42,109 nucleotides of DNA, from NCBI GenBank assembly GCA_965602285.1, contig CBFCZA010000001.1, forward strand, positions 1-42,109, written 5' to 3'. This document shows positions 20,212 to 30,657 of this stretch, one piece after another. A program made the position numbers and the translations under genes. Positions within the stretch are counted from its first letter, which is position 1; each line of letters starts with the position of its first letter. Source of the DNA: an uncultured Curvivirga sp. (GTDB taxonomy: Bacteria > Pseudomonadota > Alphaproteobacteria > UBA8366 > Aestuariispiraceae). The notes beneath the pieces were generated by a model, which worked only from the letters and a program-made list of their open reading frames with translations, was not told the DNA's origin and did not search any database.

Positions 20212-21039
20212 TTAAGCGCCTTCCATAGGGAAATTCCCTGTGAAAGAAGTGGCGACAGGGCCAGTCATAATAACGTGACCATTTTCTAAATAATTCATGG
20301 ACAATATGCCGCCATCCAGTTGAATATCCATTTTACGGGTATCGACGTAATTTGTAAGAACTGCGGCCACTGCAGCCGCACAGGCACCAGATCCGCAAGC
20401 CATCGTGATACCTGCACTTCTTTCCCAAACGCGCATACGAAGACTACCATCTGCATTGCGGCTGATGAATTCTACATTAGTACGTTCAGGAAAGGAGGGA
20501 TGATGTTCAGCAATAGGGCCAAGGTTCTCTAAATCGATAGCATTGGCATCTTCTACAAAGAACACGCAATGTGGATTGCCCATACCAACAGCCACAGCAC
20601 TTCCAAGTCCTTCAATATTCATTTCGATAGATTTAATATCCATGTGGCTCGAAAGTGGAATGTCTTGCCAATCAAGAATAGCTTCACCCATATCAACAGA
20701 ATAAAGGCCGTTTCCTTCATTTGCGCAATGCAAAAGGCCGCGCAATGTTTCTATGACTACCTGTTGTTTACCAGTTTCTTGGATCAATAATGAAGCGACA
20801 CAGCGAGTTGCATTTCCACAAGCCCCAGCTTCACTAGCATCTGGATTGTGGATGCGCATGAACAGATCGGCTTCGTTTGTGGGTGCTTTTTCAAGGATAA
20901 TAAATTGATCGCAACCGATGCCAAGGTGACGATCTGCCATTAGACGTATTTGGGATTCGTTCAACGCATATTTATGATCGCGATTATCAATCACGACAAA
21001 ATCATTTCCTAATCCATGCATTTTACGAAAGGCGACCAT
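20212..21039 (-). CDS. dapF: Diaminopimelate epimerase
   Basis: KMHGLGNDF, ACGNATRC, MGNPH, TNVEF, ACGSGACA. Confidence 0.97.
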   Translation of the reverse strand: MVAFRKMHGLGNDFVVIDNRDHKYALNESQIRLMADRHLGIGCDQFIILEKAPTNEADLFMRIHNPDASEAGACGNATRCVASLLIQETGKQQVVIETLRGLLHCANEGNGLYSVDMGEAILDWQDIPLSSHMDIKSIEMNIEGLGSAVAVGMGNPHCVFFVEDANAIDLENLGPIAEHHPSFPERTNVEFISRNADGSLRMRVWERSAGITMACGSGACAAAVAAVLTNYVDTRKMDIQLDGGILSMNYLENGHVIMTGPVATSFTGNFPMEGA

Positions 21040-21154
21040 TGTAAACTCATCTTCAAATTTGAAACTTTATAACTTATAGTCTCTTCTAACAGAAGATATA
21101 TTGAACTCAATCTTTAATTGCTTATTATGACTAGGTCCAAATTTTACCTAAGCT

Positions 21155-21916
21155 TTAAATATTTGTATAATAGAAATCTGCACCAATTTGATTGGTTACC
21201 TTATAACCTAAATCCTCAAGAAATTTTGAAATGAGGATGTCACCTTGAATGATTTCTATTTGTAGAAGACATTTATTTTCTGACAGTGTTTGCCTCATGC
21301 CTTCAAGAACATTCCATTCAAACCCTTCTACATCTATTTTCATGAGTATCATTTCGTTCTTTGCAGAGAAGATACCATCGATGGGGCGCAGTTGAACTTC
21401 GATGAGATTGGAATCTAGTCGATCTTGTTCACTATGAATGATTTCATAATTTTCAGCATCCTTAGCAATATGGGAATGGCCTGTATTGCCTTCTGATGCC
21501 ATTTGAAAGGATATCGTCGTTTCTTTGTAGCCAACTGCATGTTGATGAAGGGCTATTAGTTTGGTTAAGTCATTCATGGCCATATGCCCATAGAAATGGG
21601 CTATATTTCGGGGGTCACATTCAAAACTATGAACCTCAGGAATATTTGTTTGTTTAGCTATTATCATTGAATATAAGCCGAAATTTGCACCTATATCCAA
21701 GAATTTATCAAATGTGTGTTTTTGGGCTGCTTCTAGGAGATGGGCTATTTGTTCTTTTTCATAGGCACCTTCGACCCAAATGCGACGGTCGATATAATTT
21801 TTTGGGCATAAAAGGAACTCTGCCTCAAAAAAACGTTTTACCTTCCACTGGGTGGAACTTATTTTTTTGTAATAGAATCTATAAAGGCTTGTTTTTAATT
21901 TAGTTAAAAGGCCCAC
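21155..21916 (-). CDS. FkbM family methyltransferase
   Basis: FLDIGANFGLYS, HSFECDP, MKIDVEGFEWNVLEG. Confidence 0.92.
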   Translation of the reverse strand: MGLLTKLKTSLYRFYYKKISSTQWKVKRFFEAEFLLCPKNYIDRRIWVEGAYEKEQIAHLLEAAQKHTFDKFLDIGANFGLYSMIIAKQTNIPEVHSFECDPRNIAHFYGHMAMNDLTKLIALHQHAVGYKETTISFQMASEGNTGHSHIAKDAENYEIIHSEQDRLDSNLIEVQLRPIDGIFSAKNEMILMKIDVEGFEWNVLEGMRQTLSENKCLLQIEIIQGDILISKFLEDLGYKVTNQIGADFYYTNI

Positions 21917-21989
21917 AGTGCATCCCCATTCAAATTGTTACATTAAAAAGAATATACTGTGCTGCGGTTCGTTTTGAAAGATCTAGATA

Positions 21990-22559
21990 TCAGTGGTTAA
22001 TGAATTCAGAATTCGAAATGGCGCGAACAAGGTCTAATAAAGACTTTCGATCTTGGCGGCTTTCAATTTGGTGATAGTAACATACAAGATTTGTGGATTC
22101 TATGGTTTCTTTGGCTTCAGACTCAGCGGCCATGTTGGTGATGCCATTTGCCTCTTGGGATACGTTTGATTGCTCTCTGGCATTTTCGATTTCACTATAA
22201 AAAGCATCAATTGGTTGATTGACGGCATGTGATAAATAAAATAGCGCACTTGCGGAAATTCTATTTTCACCGATTTCATATTTGCGAATTTGTTTGAAAC
22301 TAACCCCAATCGCGTCGCCTATTTCTTTTTGTGTTAGGCTGGCCTTCTTCCTAAAATATCGTAATCTTTCACCAACTAAAGAATCAATGTCTTGTGCACG
22401 GCGTGGTCTTGCACGCCTATCATTGCTGCGTCGATCATTCGCACGACGGCTAAGGTCGCGTGCATCGATGTTTGTATTGGGAAAGCTTCCTTTTTCCGAT
22501 TCTTCTATGGAAAGATCGGTTGGTTTATTCAATGAAGAGTTTGAATTTTTTATTGCCAT
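21990..22559 (-). CDS. XRE-family HTH regulator with N-terminal Arg-pair repeats
   Basis: VGERLRYFR...LTQKEIGDAIGVSFKQIRKYEIGENRISAS; N-terminal RRANDRRSNDRRARPRRAQD. Confidence 0.88.
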   Translation of the reverse strand: MAIKNSNSSLNKPTDLSIEESEKGSFPNTNIDARDLSRRANDRRSNDRRARPRRAQDIDSLVGERLRYFRKKASLTQKEIGDAIGVSFKQIRKYEIGENRISASALFYLSHAVNQPIDAFYSEIENAREQSNVSQEANGITNMAAESEAKETIESTNLVCYYHQIESRQDRKSLLDLVRAISNSEFINH

Positions 22560-22726
22560 AAGGTAGTGCTAATCTATTAATGCAATCTAAAGTTATTAAT
22601 AAATACTACTAATAATAGCTGAAATCAATTTTAAAAACCAATTGTAGCAAAGTTTATTATTATGGTTTCGCATTTATAAGAGTTTGAATAGACTCTGTTC
22701 TTGGCTATTGAGTTTCTGTAGAACGC

Positions 22727-22755
22727 TTGACAGCCTTGGTATTGGGGCGTATAAA
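22727..22755 (+). promoter_or_regulatory. Sigma70 promoter of the ffh operon
   Basis: TTGACA-N17-TATAAA. Confidence 0.8.
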
Positions 22756-22790
22756 CCGCCCATCTAATCAAGCCGTAATTCAGGTCAATA

Positions 22791-22854
22791 TAGTCCTGTG
22801 GGGCAACGTCAGTCTGCGAGGGTTCGCACACTGGCGCTTTTTGCTATGGGGTTA
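22791..22854 (+). ncRNA. Structured ffh leader (candidate ffh cis-regulatory RNA motif)
   Basis: Long nested hairpin: tagtcctgtgg/ctatggggtta, gcaa/ttgc, cgtcagt/actggcg, tgcga-gggt-tcgca; lies between the promoter and the ffh start. Confidence 0.6.
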
Positions 22855-22918
22855 AGGCTTTGATTTTAAAGAAATATTCTTTTGCTGAAGAGTGAAGATA
22901 ACAAGGTTGAAAGCAAGT

Positions 22919-24289
22919 ATGTTTGATGCATTAAGTGGCCGTTTAGGCTCCGTATTTGAAGGTTTGAAGCGTCATGGTTCTTTAAAAGAGAGCCATGTGA
23001 ATGATGCAATGGGTGAAATTCGCCTTGCATTGCTTGAGGCTGACGTTGCACTTCCTGTTGTTAAAGGCTTCATCAAAGAAGTGAAAGAAAAGGCCCTTGG
23101 TGAATCGGTAACTAAATCTGTTACGCCGGGTCAGCAAGTTGTTAAGATCGTTCATGATGCGCTGGTTGATATGCTGGGCGCTGAAAGCCAAGGATTGAAT
23201 AGTTTAGGTGAGCCACCTATTGCCTTCATGATGGTTGGTTTGCAAGGTTCTGGTAAAACAACTTCTACAGCTAAGATCTCAAAACGACTGCAGGAAAAAG
23301 AGCGTAAGAAAGTTCTTATGGCATCTCTTGATGTTGCCCGTCCGGCAGCGCAAGAACAGTTACAGGTCCTTGGGGAGCAGGTCGGTGTTAAGACATTGCC
23401 GATTGTAGCAGGACAGCAGCCCGTTGATATTGCTAAGCGTGCGATGCAAGCAGCCAAATTAGGTGGCTTTGATATTGTGATGCTTGATACGGCTGGTCGT
23501 TTACATATTGATGAAAACTTGATGGATGAGGTCGCTGCGGTAAAAGCAGTAACAAACCCGCAAGAAATTTTATTGGTTGCAGATGCGATGACCGGTCAAG
23601 ATGCGGTGACTGTTGCTGATAGCTTTAACCAAAAAATGGGTCTTACAGGTATCGTCCTAACCCGTATTGATGGTGATGCACGCGGTGGTGCGGCCCTTTC
23701 AATGCGTAAGGTGACAGATTGTCCAATTAAGTTCCTTGGTACGGGTGAGAAGATGGAGGAGCTTGAAGAGTTCCATCCTGATCGTCTTGCGAATCGTATT
23801 TTAGGCATGGGCGATGTCGTATCGCTTGTTGAAAAAGCACAAGAATCTATTGATGAAGCAGAAGCAGAAGAGCTTGCTAAGAAGATGCAAAAAGGTCAAT
23901 TCGACCTTGATGATATGGCAAAGCAGTTGAAGCAAATGCGTAAGATGGGCGGCATTATGGGTATGATGCCGGGCGTCGGAAAAATTAAAAAGCAAATGGC
24001 ATCGTCGAATATCGATGACAAAGCGCTATTGCGTCAGGAAGCAATTATTTCTTCCATGACGAAAGCAGAAAGAAAGAACCCGAAACTCATCCATGCGAAA
24101 CGTAAGATTCGTATCGCATCGGGTTCCGGCACATCTGTTCAGGATGTTAACAAAATCCTGAAACAATATCAGATGATGGCGAAGATGATGAAAAAAGTTT
24201 CAAAGTTGGGAGAAAAAGGGCTCATGCGTTCGCTCGGCGGCATGCTCCCTCCCAATATGATGCCACCGGGAGGCGGTTTTCCGCGCTAA
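22919..24289 (+). CDS. ffh: Signal recognition particle protein Ffh
   Basis: MFDALS, ALLEADV, GLQGSGKTT, DTAGR, DGDARGG, RILGMGD, IISSMT, RIASGSG. Confidence 0.98.
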   Translation: MFDALSGRLGSVFEGLKRHGSLKESHVNDAMGEIRLALLEADVALPVVKGFIKEVKEKALGESVTKSVTPGQQVVKIVHDALVDMLGAESQGLNSLGEPPIAFMMVGLQGSGKTTSTAKISKRLQEKERKKVLMASLDVARPAAQEQLQVLGEQVGVKTLPIVAGQQPVDIAKRAMQAAKLGGFDIVMLDTAGRLHIDENLMDEVAAVKAVTNPQEILLVADAMTGQDAVTVADSFNQKMGLTGIVLTRIDGDARGGAALSMRKVTDCPIKFLGTGEKMEELEEFHPDRLANRILGMGDVVSLVEKAQESIDEAEAEELAKKMQKGQFDLDDMAKQLKQMRKMGGIMGMMPGVGKIKKQMASSNIDDKALLRQEAIISSMTKAERKNPKLIHAKRKIRIASGSGTSVQDVNKILKQYQMMAKMMKKVSKLGEKGLMRSLGGMLPPNMMPPGGGFPR

Positions 24290-24394
24290 GTGATTAGTGC
24301 AGACTACCAAGAACCTGTGACACACGCCGAGTATTTTGAGTAAGGCAATAAGTGAAATTCACTATTGTCAGTTTAATTAGAGAAAGAGAGATCC

Positions 24395-24802
24395 ATGAGC
24401 TTAAAAGTTCGTCTTGCACGTGGTGGAGCGAAGAAGCGTCCATACTACCGTATCGTAGTTGCTGATTCCCGTATGCCTCGTGATGGTCGTTACATTGAAA
24501 AGGTTGGTACATTCAACCCAATGTTACCTAAAGATCACGCTGATCGTATTGTACTTGACGTAGAACGCATCCAACATTGGATGTCTGTTGGCGCTCAACC
24601 TACAGATCGTGTTGCACGTTTTCTAAAAGCTGCTGATGTTATCGGCGAGCGTCGCATTCCGCGTCAAACTAAAAAAGCGGAACAAAGTGCTGCGACAGTA
24701 GAACGTCTTCGTGAAAAAGCAGAAAAAGCTGAAGCTGCTGCAGAAGCTGCTAAAGAAGCAGAAGCTGCTGCAAGTGACGCTGGTGAAGCTGCTGCTGAAT
24801 AA
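24395..24802 (+). CDS. rpsP: 30S ribosomal protein S16
   Basis: [32 protein letters not shown]; Ala/Glu-rich tail. Confidence 0.98.
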   Translation: MSLKVRLARGGAKKRPYYRIVVADSRMPRDGRYIEKVGTFNPMLPKDHADRIVLDVERIQHWMSVGAQPTDRVARFLKAADVIGERRIPRQTKKAEQSAATVERLREKAEKAEAAAEAAKEAEAAASDAGEAAAE

Positions 24803-24904
24803 GCAATTGCTTTCAGTTTAGCTTTCTAAAGACAGTGACATATCCTTTTGCCCGTTAATATTGGGGTGGATAGGTCTTAATTGGAATGAACGGACGCTTA
24901 CGTT

Positions 24905-25486
24905 ATGGCGAAAGACACAGATAGACTCTGCTTAGGTGTGATCACCGGTGCCCATGGCATTCGCGGACAGGTTAAGGTAAAAAGCTTTACCGAAAACCCG
25001 AAGCAAATGACCAAATATGGCCCGTTGACTGATGTCTCTGGAAAGCATGTTTATACCTTGTCTGTATCCGGACAGGCCAAAGGCCTATTGATTGTAAATA
25101 TTGGTGAAGTAAAAGATCGAAATGAAGCGGAATTGCTGAAAGGCACCGAATTATTTATCGCACGAGATAACTTACCAAAGCCAAATGATGATGAATTTTA
25201 TCATGCGGATTTGATTGGTCTCAAAGCCTTGGAAGAGGATGGCGAAGAATATGGTGTTGTTAAAGGTCTGTTTGATTTTGGTGCAGGTGACATCATGGAA
25301 GTTCAACGTTGGGATGGGAAGTCAGTTATGCTGCCTTTCACTCTTGAAGTTGTTCCAACAGTTAATGTCGAAGCCGGACATATCATCGTAATCCCACCAA
25401 TTGAGGTGAGTGAGCGTGATGAAGAAGGCGGAGGCTTTGAAGGTGATGGCGATATGTTAAGTGGTAGCGAGGATACGGATGAGTGA
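24905..25486 (+). CDS. rimM: Ribosome maturation factor RimM
   Basis: [35 protein letters not shown]. Confidence 0.97.
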   Translation: MAKDTDRLCLGVITGAHGIRGQVKVKSFTENPKQMTKYGPLTDVSGKHVYTLSVSGQAKGLLIVNIGEVKDRNEAELLKGTELFIARDNLPKPNDDEFYHADLIGLKALEEDGEEYGVVKGLFDFGAGDIMEVQRWDGKSVMLPFTLEVVPTVNVEAGHIIVIPPIEVSERDEEGGGFEGDGDMLSGSEDTDE

Positions 25487-26204
25487 TCCGTCCCGAACTC
25501 CTTGGCATGCTTCCATGCTAACCCTTTTTCCGGAAATGTTTTCCGGTGCATTGGGAACGTCCATACCTGGACGTGCAATGGCAGCAGGCATTTGGGAATT
25601 AGAGACAGTTCAAATTCGTGATTTTTCTACCCATAAGCATAGCAGCGTGGATGAAGCCCCATTTGGTGGTGGTCCAGGTATGGTTATGCGCCCAGATGTG
25701 ATTGATGCGGTGATTGATGCTGTATCAGACAAACCGGGTCCACTTTTGTATATGAGCCCCCGTGGTGAAAGATTTACACAATCTTTAGCACAGGAGCTTT
25801 CAGAAGGACCCGGCGTTAAAATCTTATGTGGGCGTTATGAAGGTATTGATCAGCGTGTGTTTGATAAACACAATATTCGCGAAGTCAGCCTAGGCGATTT
25901 TATCCTCTCTGGAGGGGAACCCGCTGCCATAGCAATGTTGGATAGTATGGTGCGTTTATTGCCGGGAGCTCTTGGCGCTGATGCATCACTGGATGAAGAA
26001 AGCTTTACAAGTGGATTACTTGAATATCCGCATTACACCCGCCCCGCTAATTGGGACGGTCGTGACGTACCGGAAGTTTTGTTAAGTGGTCATCATGGAA
26101 AAATTCAGGCATGGCGCCTGGAGGAAGCCAAAAGGATAACCAAGGAACGACGACCGGACTTATGGTCCCAGTTTAATAAGCTGGATGCGGGACATGTGGA
26201 TTAA
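25479..26204 (+). CDS. trmD: tRNA (guanine37-N1)-methyltransferase
   Basis: [47 protein letters not shown]. Confidence 0.98.
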   Translation: MSDPSRTPWHASMLTLFPEMFSGALGTSIPGRAMAAGIWELETVQIRDFSTHKHSSVDEAPFGGGPGMVMRPDVIDAVIDAVSDKPGPLLYMSPRGERFTQSLAQELSEGPGVKILCGRYEGIDQRVFDKHNIREVSLGDFILSGGEPAAIAMLDSMVRLLPGALGADASLDEESFTSGLLEYPHYTRPANWDGRDVPEVLLSGHHGKIQAWRLEEAKRITKERRPDLWSQFNKLDAGHVD

Positions 26205-26271
26205 GAATTGAAAGGTGAGGTTTTGTTATAAGGCTTCATCGGGTTTGAAAACTCAAGAAAGGACTCGAACA

Positions 26272-26649
26272 ATGAATATTATCGAGCAACTCGAGAAAGA
26301 ACAACTGGACGCGCGCACACCTGAAGGCGGTGTTCCAGAATTTCAAGCGGGCGATACAGTCCGTGTGAACGTGAAAGTAGTAGAGGGCACGCGCGAACGT
26401 GTACAGGCTTTTGAAGGCGTGTGCATCGGTCGTAAAAACGCTGGTTTAAACTCTAACTTCACAGTTCGTAAATTATCTTACGGTGAAGGTGTGGAACGTG
26501 TATTCCCACTTTATAGCCCACGTATCGATTCAATTGAAGTAGTACGTTACGGTAAAGTGCGTCGCGCTAAATTGTATTATCTTCGTGGTCGTACAGGTAA
26601 AGCAGCGCGTATCGTTGAACGCCGCGTTACCAAGAAAGCTGACAAATAA
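26272..26649 (+). CDS. rplS: 50S ribosomal protein L19
   Basis: [32 protein letters not shown]; SD AGGA. Confidence 0.98.
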   Translation: MNIIEQLEKEQLDARTPEGGVPEFQAGDTVRVNVKVVEGTRERVQAFEGVCIGRKNAGLNSNFTVRKLSYGEGVERVFPLYSPRIDSIEVVRYGKVRRAKLYYLRGRTGKAARIVERRVTKKADK

Positions 26650-26690
26650 TCACTTTTAAGTGAGTCAGCTCTCATCGGGTCTTAAGGTAT

Positions 26691-26735
26691 GCGCGGTGCA
26701 CGTCAATTGATGTGCGCCGCGCGACCGATTGTTTT
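26691..26735 (+). terminator. GC-rich hairpin after rplS (probable terminator or processing stem)
   Basis: gcgcggtgcacgtc-aatt-gatgtgcgccgcgc, with ttgtttt a few nt downstream. Confidence 0.55.
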
Positions 26736-26939
26736 GGATGAATGGTTTATTTAAGCATTTTAATAAGTTTATCCTCATTGGAAAAACTGTTGTTGAAACT
26801 GTTTACTGGCTATTTTCATGCCTTTCCGTCATTTTAGGCTCGAATTAAATGATTATACCCAATGAATGATTGGTGTTATTGATCAGAATCTAGACAAAGC
26901 CGATGGTCTTTTGACCGTCCATATACTGGGAGAGAAACC

Positions 26940-28346
26940 ATGGGTACAGCCCGTACGCTCTTTGATAAAATCTGGGACAGCCACGTGGTGGCAACACAAG
27001 AAGATGGTACTAGCCTTCTCTATATTGACCGTCATATGGTGCATGAAGTAACAAGCCCGCAGGCATTTGAAGGTCTACGTAACTCTGGACGCAAAGTACG
27101 TGCGCCGGGTCAAACTTTGGCTGTTGCTGATCATAACGTCCCAACGACGGATCGTTCTAAAGGCATTGAAAATGACGAAAGTCGTATTCAAGTTGAGACA
27201 CTAGTTTCAAACGTAGACGAATTTGGCGTTCCCTATTTTCCAGTAGAAGATGTACGCCAAGGCGTGGTTCATATTGTTGGTCCAGAACAAGGTTTCACCC
27301 TTCCGGGTATGACCATTGTTTGTGGTGACAGCCATACGGCGACACATGGTGCCTTTGGTTCGTTGGCATTTGGTATTGGTACTTCTGAAGTTGAACATGT
27401 TCTGGCAACCCAAACATTGTTGCAAAAACCTGCTAAAAACATGCGAATCACTGTGAATGGTAAATTAGCACTGGGTTCAACTGCAAAAGACATCACAATG
27501 GCGATCATTGGTAAGATTGGTACTGCGGGCGGTACAGGTTTTGTGATCGAATATGCGGGTGATGCTATTATGGAATTGTCTATGGAAGGTCGTATGACCA
27601 TCTGTAATATGGCGATTGAAGGTGGCGCACGTGCCGGTATTATTGCCCCTGATCAAAAAACGTTTGATTATGTAAAAGGCCGTCCAATGTCACCTAAGGG
27701 TGCTGATTGGGAAAAGGCTGTGGCTTATTGGTCTACTCTTCCTTCTGATGAAGGTGCGGAATATGATGTAGAGCTCGAATTTGATGCTGCGGATATTGCA
27801 CCGGTTGTAACATGGGGTACAAGCCCTGAGGATGTTGTCTTTGTGACATCTGAAGTTCCAAATCCTGCTGACGAAGAAGACGCACATAAGGCTGCTGCGA
27901 TGGAACGTGCATTGGAATATATGGGTTTAACGGCTGGTACGCCAATGACCGACGTGGCTATTGATAAAGTATTCATCGGTTCTTGTACAAATGGACGTAT
28001 AGAAGATTTACGTGATGCTGCGAAAATTGCTGAAGGCAATAAAGTAGCTGCAAATGTTCATGCACTTGTTGTTCCGGGTTCTGGTTTGGTGAAAGTTCAA
28101 GCAGAAGAAGAAGGTTTGGATCAAATCTTCATCGCTGCTGGTTTTGACTGGCGCGAACCGGGTTGTTCAATGTGTCTGGCGATGAATGATGATAAGTTGA
28201 AAGCGGGAGAGCGTTGTGCATCAACATCTAACCGTAACTTTGAAGGTCGCCAAGGTAAAGGTGGGCGTACTCATTTGGTTAGTCCTGCAATGGCTGCGGC
28301 ATCTGCGATCAAAGGCAAATTGGCTGATGTGCGGGATTATATGTAA
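26940..28346 (+). CDS. leuC: 3-isopropylmalate dehydratase large subunit
   Basis: [49 protein letters not shown]. Confidence 0.98.
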   Translation: MGTARTLFDKIWDSHVVATQEDGTSLLYIDRHMVHEVTSPQAFEGLRNSGRKVRAPGQTLAVADHNVPTTDRSKGIENDESRIQVETLVSNVDEFGVPYFPVEDVRQGVVHIVGPEQGFTLPGMTIVCGDSHTATHGAFGSLAFGIGTSEVEHVLATQTLLQKPAKNMRITVNGKLALGSTAKDITMAIIGKIGTAGGTGFVIEYAGDAIMELSMEGRMTICNMAIEGGARAGIIAPDQKTFDYVKGRPMSPKGADWEKAVAYWSTLPSDEGAEYDVELEFDAADIAPVVTWGTSPEDVVFVTSEVPNPADEEDAHKAAAMERALEYMGLTAGTPMTDVAIDKVFIGSCTNGRIEDLRDAAKIAEGNKVAANVHALVVPGSGLVKVQAEEEGLDQIFIAAGFDWREPGCSMCLAMNDDKLKAGERCASTSNRNFEGRQGKGGRTHLVSPAMAAASAIKGKLADVRDYM

Positions 28347-28555
28347 TGAGTACTGCGTTAAATCTGTTGGAAGCGAATGCTGAAAATGATTGGTTAAGCG
28401 ATATGCTTGGTCAAGACGTATTCAGTAATGGTTGGGCCGTTGATATCCCGACTTATGCACCAGCAAATGATGATTATGTGATGAGTGACGTTGAAGCGGA
28501 ATTTGATGAGTTCCTTTCTTTCATCGTTGACTTTCAAGCTAGAAATAAAGGGTAA
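28346..28555 (+). CDS. Small acidic hypothetical protein (69 aa)
   Basis: TAATG overlap with the leuC stop; exactly fills the gap up to the leuD SD (GGGAG 28556-28560). Confidence 0.7.
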   Translation: MSTALNLLEANAENDWLSDMLGQDVFSNGWAVDIPTYAPANDDYVMSDVEAEFDEFLSFIVDFQARNKG

Positions 28556-28568
28556 GGGAGATTTCCTT

Positions 28569-29189
28569 ATGGAAAAATTTACAACACTGACTGGTATTGC
28601 TGCTCCACTTGATTTGATTAATATCGATACTGATATGATCATCCCAAAACAGTTTTTGAAAACAATTCACCGCACAGGTTTGGGTAAAAACTTATTTGAT
28701 GAAATGCGTTTCAATAACGATGGTTCAGACAACAAAGATTTCGTTCTTAACAAAGAACCATTCACCGCAGCGCAAATTCTAGTTGCCGGTGATAACTTTG
28801 GGTGCGGATCGTCACGTGAACATGCGCCTTGGGCTTTGTTAGATTTCGGCATCCGTTGTGTGATCGCACCAAGTTTTGCTGACATTTTCTATAATAACTG
28901 TTTCAAAAATGGTATTTTACCTATCAAACTTCCACGTAAAGTCGTTGATAGTTTGATGGAAAAAGCGGATCGTGGTGGAAATGCTACTTTCACTATCAAT
29001 TTGGAAAATCAAACTGTTGTTGATCCAGATGGAACTGAACATAGCTTTGATGTGGACGAATTCCGTCGTCATTGTCTAATGAATGGCCTAGATGATATTG
29101 CTTTGACTTTACAAAAAGCAGAAAAAATTAAAGGTTACGAAGAAGGTCGCGCAAAAGATGCACCATGGGTATTTGGTGCTTCTGCTTAA
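28569..29189 (+). CDS. leuD: 3-isopropylmalate dehydratase small subunit
   Basis: [37 protein letters not shown]. Confidence 0.98.
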   Translation: MEKFTTLTGIAAPLDLINIDTDMIIPKQFLKTIHRTGLGKNLFDEMRFNNDGSDNKDFVLNKEPFTAAQILVAGDNFGCGSSREHAPWALLDFGIRCVIAPSFADIFYNNCFKNGILPIKLPRKVVDSLMEKADRGGNATFTINLENQTVVDPDGTEHSFDVDEFRRHCLMNGLDDIALTLQKAEKIKGYEEGRAKDAPWVFGASA

Positions 29190-29217
29190 GTTTTTTCTTT
29201 GGCTTAGGTTTATGAAT

Positions 29218-29250
29218 AAAGGGTGTAGATTAAATTCTGTGCCCTTTTTT
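29218..29250 (+). terminator. Rho-independent terminator after leuD
   Basis: aaagggtgtaga-ttaaat-tctgtgccc followed by tttttt. Confidence 0.8.
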
Positions 29251-29476
29251 ATGACTCTATTATTCTTCTAGAATCCCAAAAACCGGACAATTTAACTTAT
29301 GCCTAATGGAATGAAGTGTTTTTATACACTTTTACTGGTCAAATAGGATGTATTTGTTTAAAAAAGCAGGAAATTCAGTAATAAAGACGTAATGTTTGGC
29401 TTATGGTCAAATCCCATTACGTTTCCATAGAGGGGAAACCCTAAAACAACTAAATAAGAAATGGAGTGTTGCTGTC

Positions 29477-30589
29477 ATGGCTTCCAATAAAACTCTTTTG
29501 ATGCTGCCAGGTGATGGCATTGGTCCTGAAGCTTGTCAACAAGTTCGCCGTGTAATTGATTGGATGGACAAACGTCGTTCTGTGTCTTTCGATATAAAAG
29601 AAGGCCTTGTTGGCGGTGCTTGTTATGATGTTCATAAAGAAGCAATCACAGACGAAACAATGGCTGATGCGATGAGTGTTGATGCTGTATTATTTGGTGC
29701 TGTTGGTGGCCCACAATATGATGATGTGCCACGCCATGCCCGCCCAGAAGCAGGCCTTCTTCGCCTACGTAAAGACATGGACCTTTTCGCGAACCTTCGC
29801 CCTGCAGTGACATTTGACGCATTATTGGATGCATCTACATTGAAACCTGAAGTTATCAAAGGTTTGGATCTGATGATCGTGCGTGAATTGACTTCTGGTG
29901 TTTATTTCGGGGAACCTCGTGGTATGCAAACCTATGAAGGCGAAGAACGCTGTATCGATACGCAAAGTTATACACGCGCAGAAATCGAACGTGTCGCAGC
30001 AGTTGCTTTTGATCTAGCCCGTAAACGTGACGGACGTGTTTCAAGCGCAGAAAAGTCTAACGTTATGGAAACGGGTGCTTTTTGGCGTAAAGTTGTGACA
30101 GAGCTTCACGAGAATGGTGGTTATAGTGATATTAAACTTGATCACATCTTGGCTGATAATTGTTCTATGCAGCTTGTTAAAAATCCAAAGCAATTTGACG
30201 TGATTGTAACCGATAACTTATTTGGTGATTTGCTTAGTGATACGGCTGCAATGGCAACCGGTTCTTTGGGTATGCTTCCAAGTGCTAGCCTTGGTGGTAT
30301 CGATGAGAATGGAAGTCGTAAAGCAATGTATGAACCAGTACATGGTTCTGCCCCTGATATTGCGGGTCATGATTTGGCTAATCCAAGTGCAACAATGTTA
30401 AGTTTCTCTATGTTGTTGCGTTATTCGTTCGATCTACAAGATGATGCGAATTTGATTGATACTGCCATTCAAAATGCAATGAATAGCGGTAAACGTACAG
30501 GCGACATCATGGCAGAAGGTTGTGAACAAGTTAGCTGTACTGGCTTTGGGGATGCAGTGTTATTAGAGCTTGATAAGCTTGCTGCATAA
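29477..30589 (+). CDS. leuB: 3-isopropylmalate dehydrogenase
   Basis: [48 protein letters not shown]; SD GGAG. Confidence 0.98.
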   Translation: MASNKTLLMLPGDGIGPEACQQVRRVIDWMDKRRSVSFDIKEGLVGGACYDVHKEAITDETMADAMSVDAVLFGAVGGPQYDDVPRHARPEAGLLRLRKDMDLFANLRPAVTFDALLDASTLKPEVIKGLDLMIVRELTSGVYFGEPRGMQTYEGEERCIDTQSYTRAEIERVAAVAFDLARKRDGRVSSAEKSNVMETGAFWRKVVTELHENGGYSDIKLDHILADNCSMQLVKNPKQFDVIVTDNLFGDLLSDTAAMATGSLGMLPSASLGGIDENGSRKAMYEPVHGSAPDIAGHDLANPSATMLSFSMLLRYSFDLQDDANLIDTAIQNAMNSGKRTGDIMAEGCEQVSCTGFGDAVLLELDKLAA

Positions 30590-30612
30590 ATCCACCTAGG
30601 TGTAAGTATTTT

Positions 30613-30644
30613 AAAAGCCTCGTATCAGATACGAGGCTTTTTTT
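30613..30644. terminator. Bidirectional terminator between leuB and the convergent gene
   Basis: Perfect inverted repeat aaaagcctcgtatc-a-gatacgaggctttt with T-tracts on both strands. Confidence 0.88.
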
Positions 30645-30657
30645 ATCATCACCAAAA

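Noticed and set aside
22570-22600. CtrA-like TTTA-N7-TTAA upstream of the Arg-repeat XRE gene
   Set aside because: It is an imperfect match in very AT-rich DNA and cannot be distinguished from chance.
24715-24802. Repetitive gaagctgctg/gcagaa sequence
   Set aside because: It encodes the Ala/Glu/Lys-rich tail usual in alphaproteobacterial S16; it is not a DNA repeat element or CRISPR array.
26650-26939. Possible leucine attenuator or leader peptide upstream of leuC, including the 61-aa ORF at 26866
   Set aside because: There is no short Leu-codon-rich ORF with a terminator/antiterminator pair. The 61-aa ORF overlaps leuC out of frame.
29330-29415. Direct repeat TGGTCAAAT twice upstream of leuB
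   Set aside because: A 9-bp pair about 68 bp apart with no recognisable regulator motif is too weak to report.
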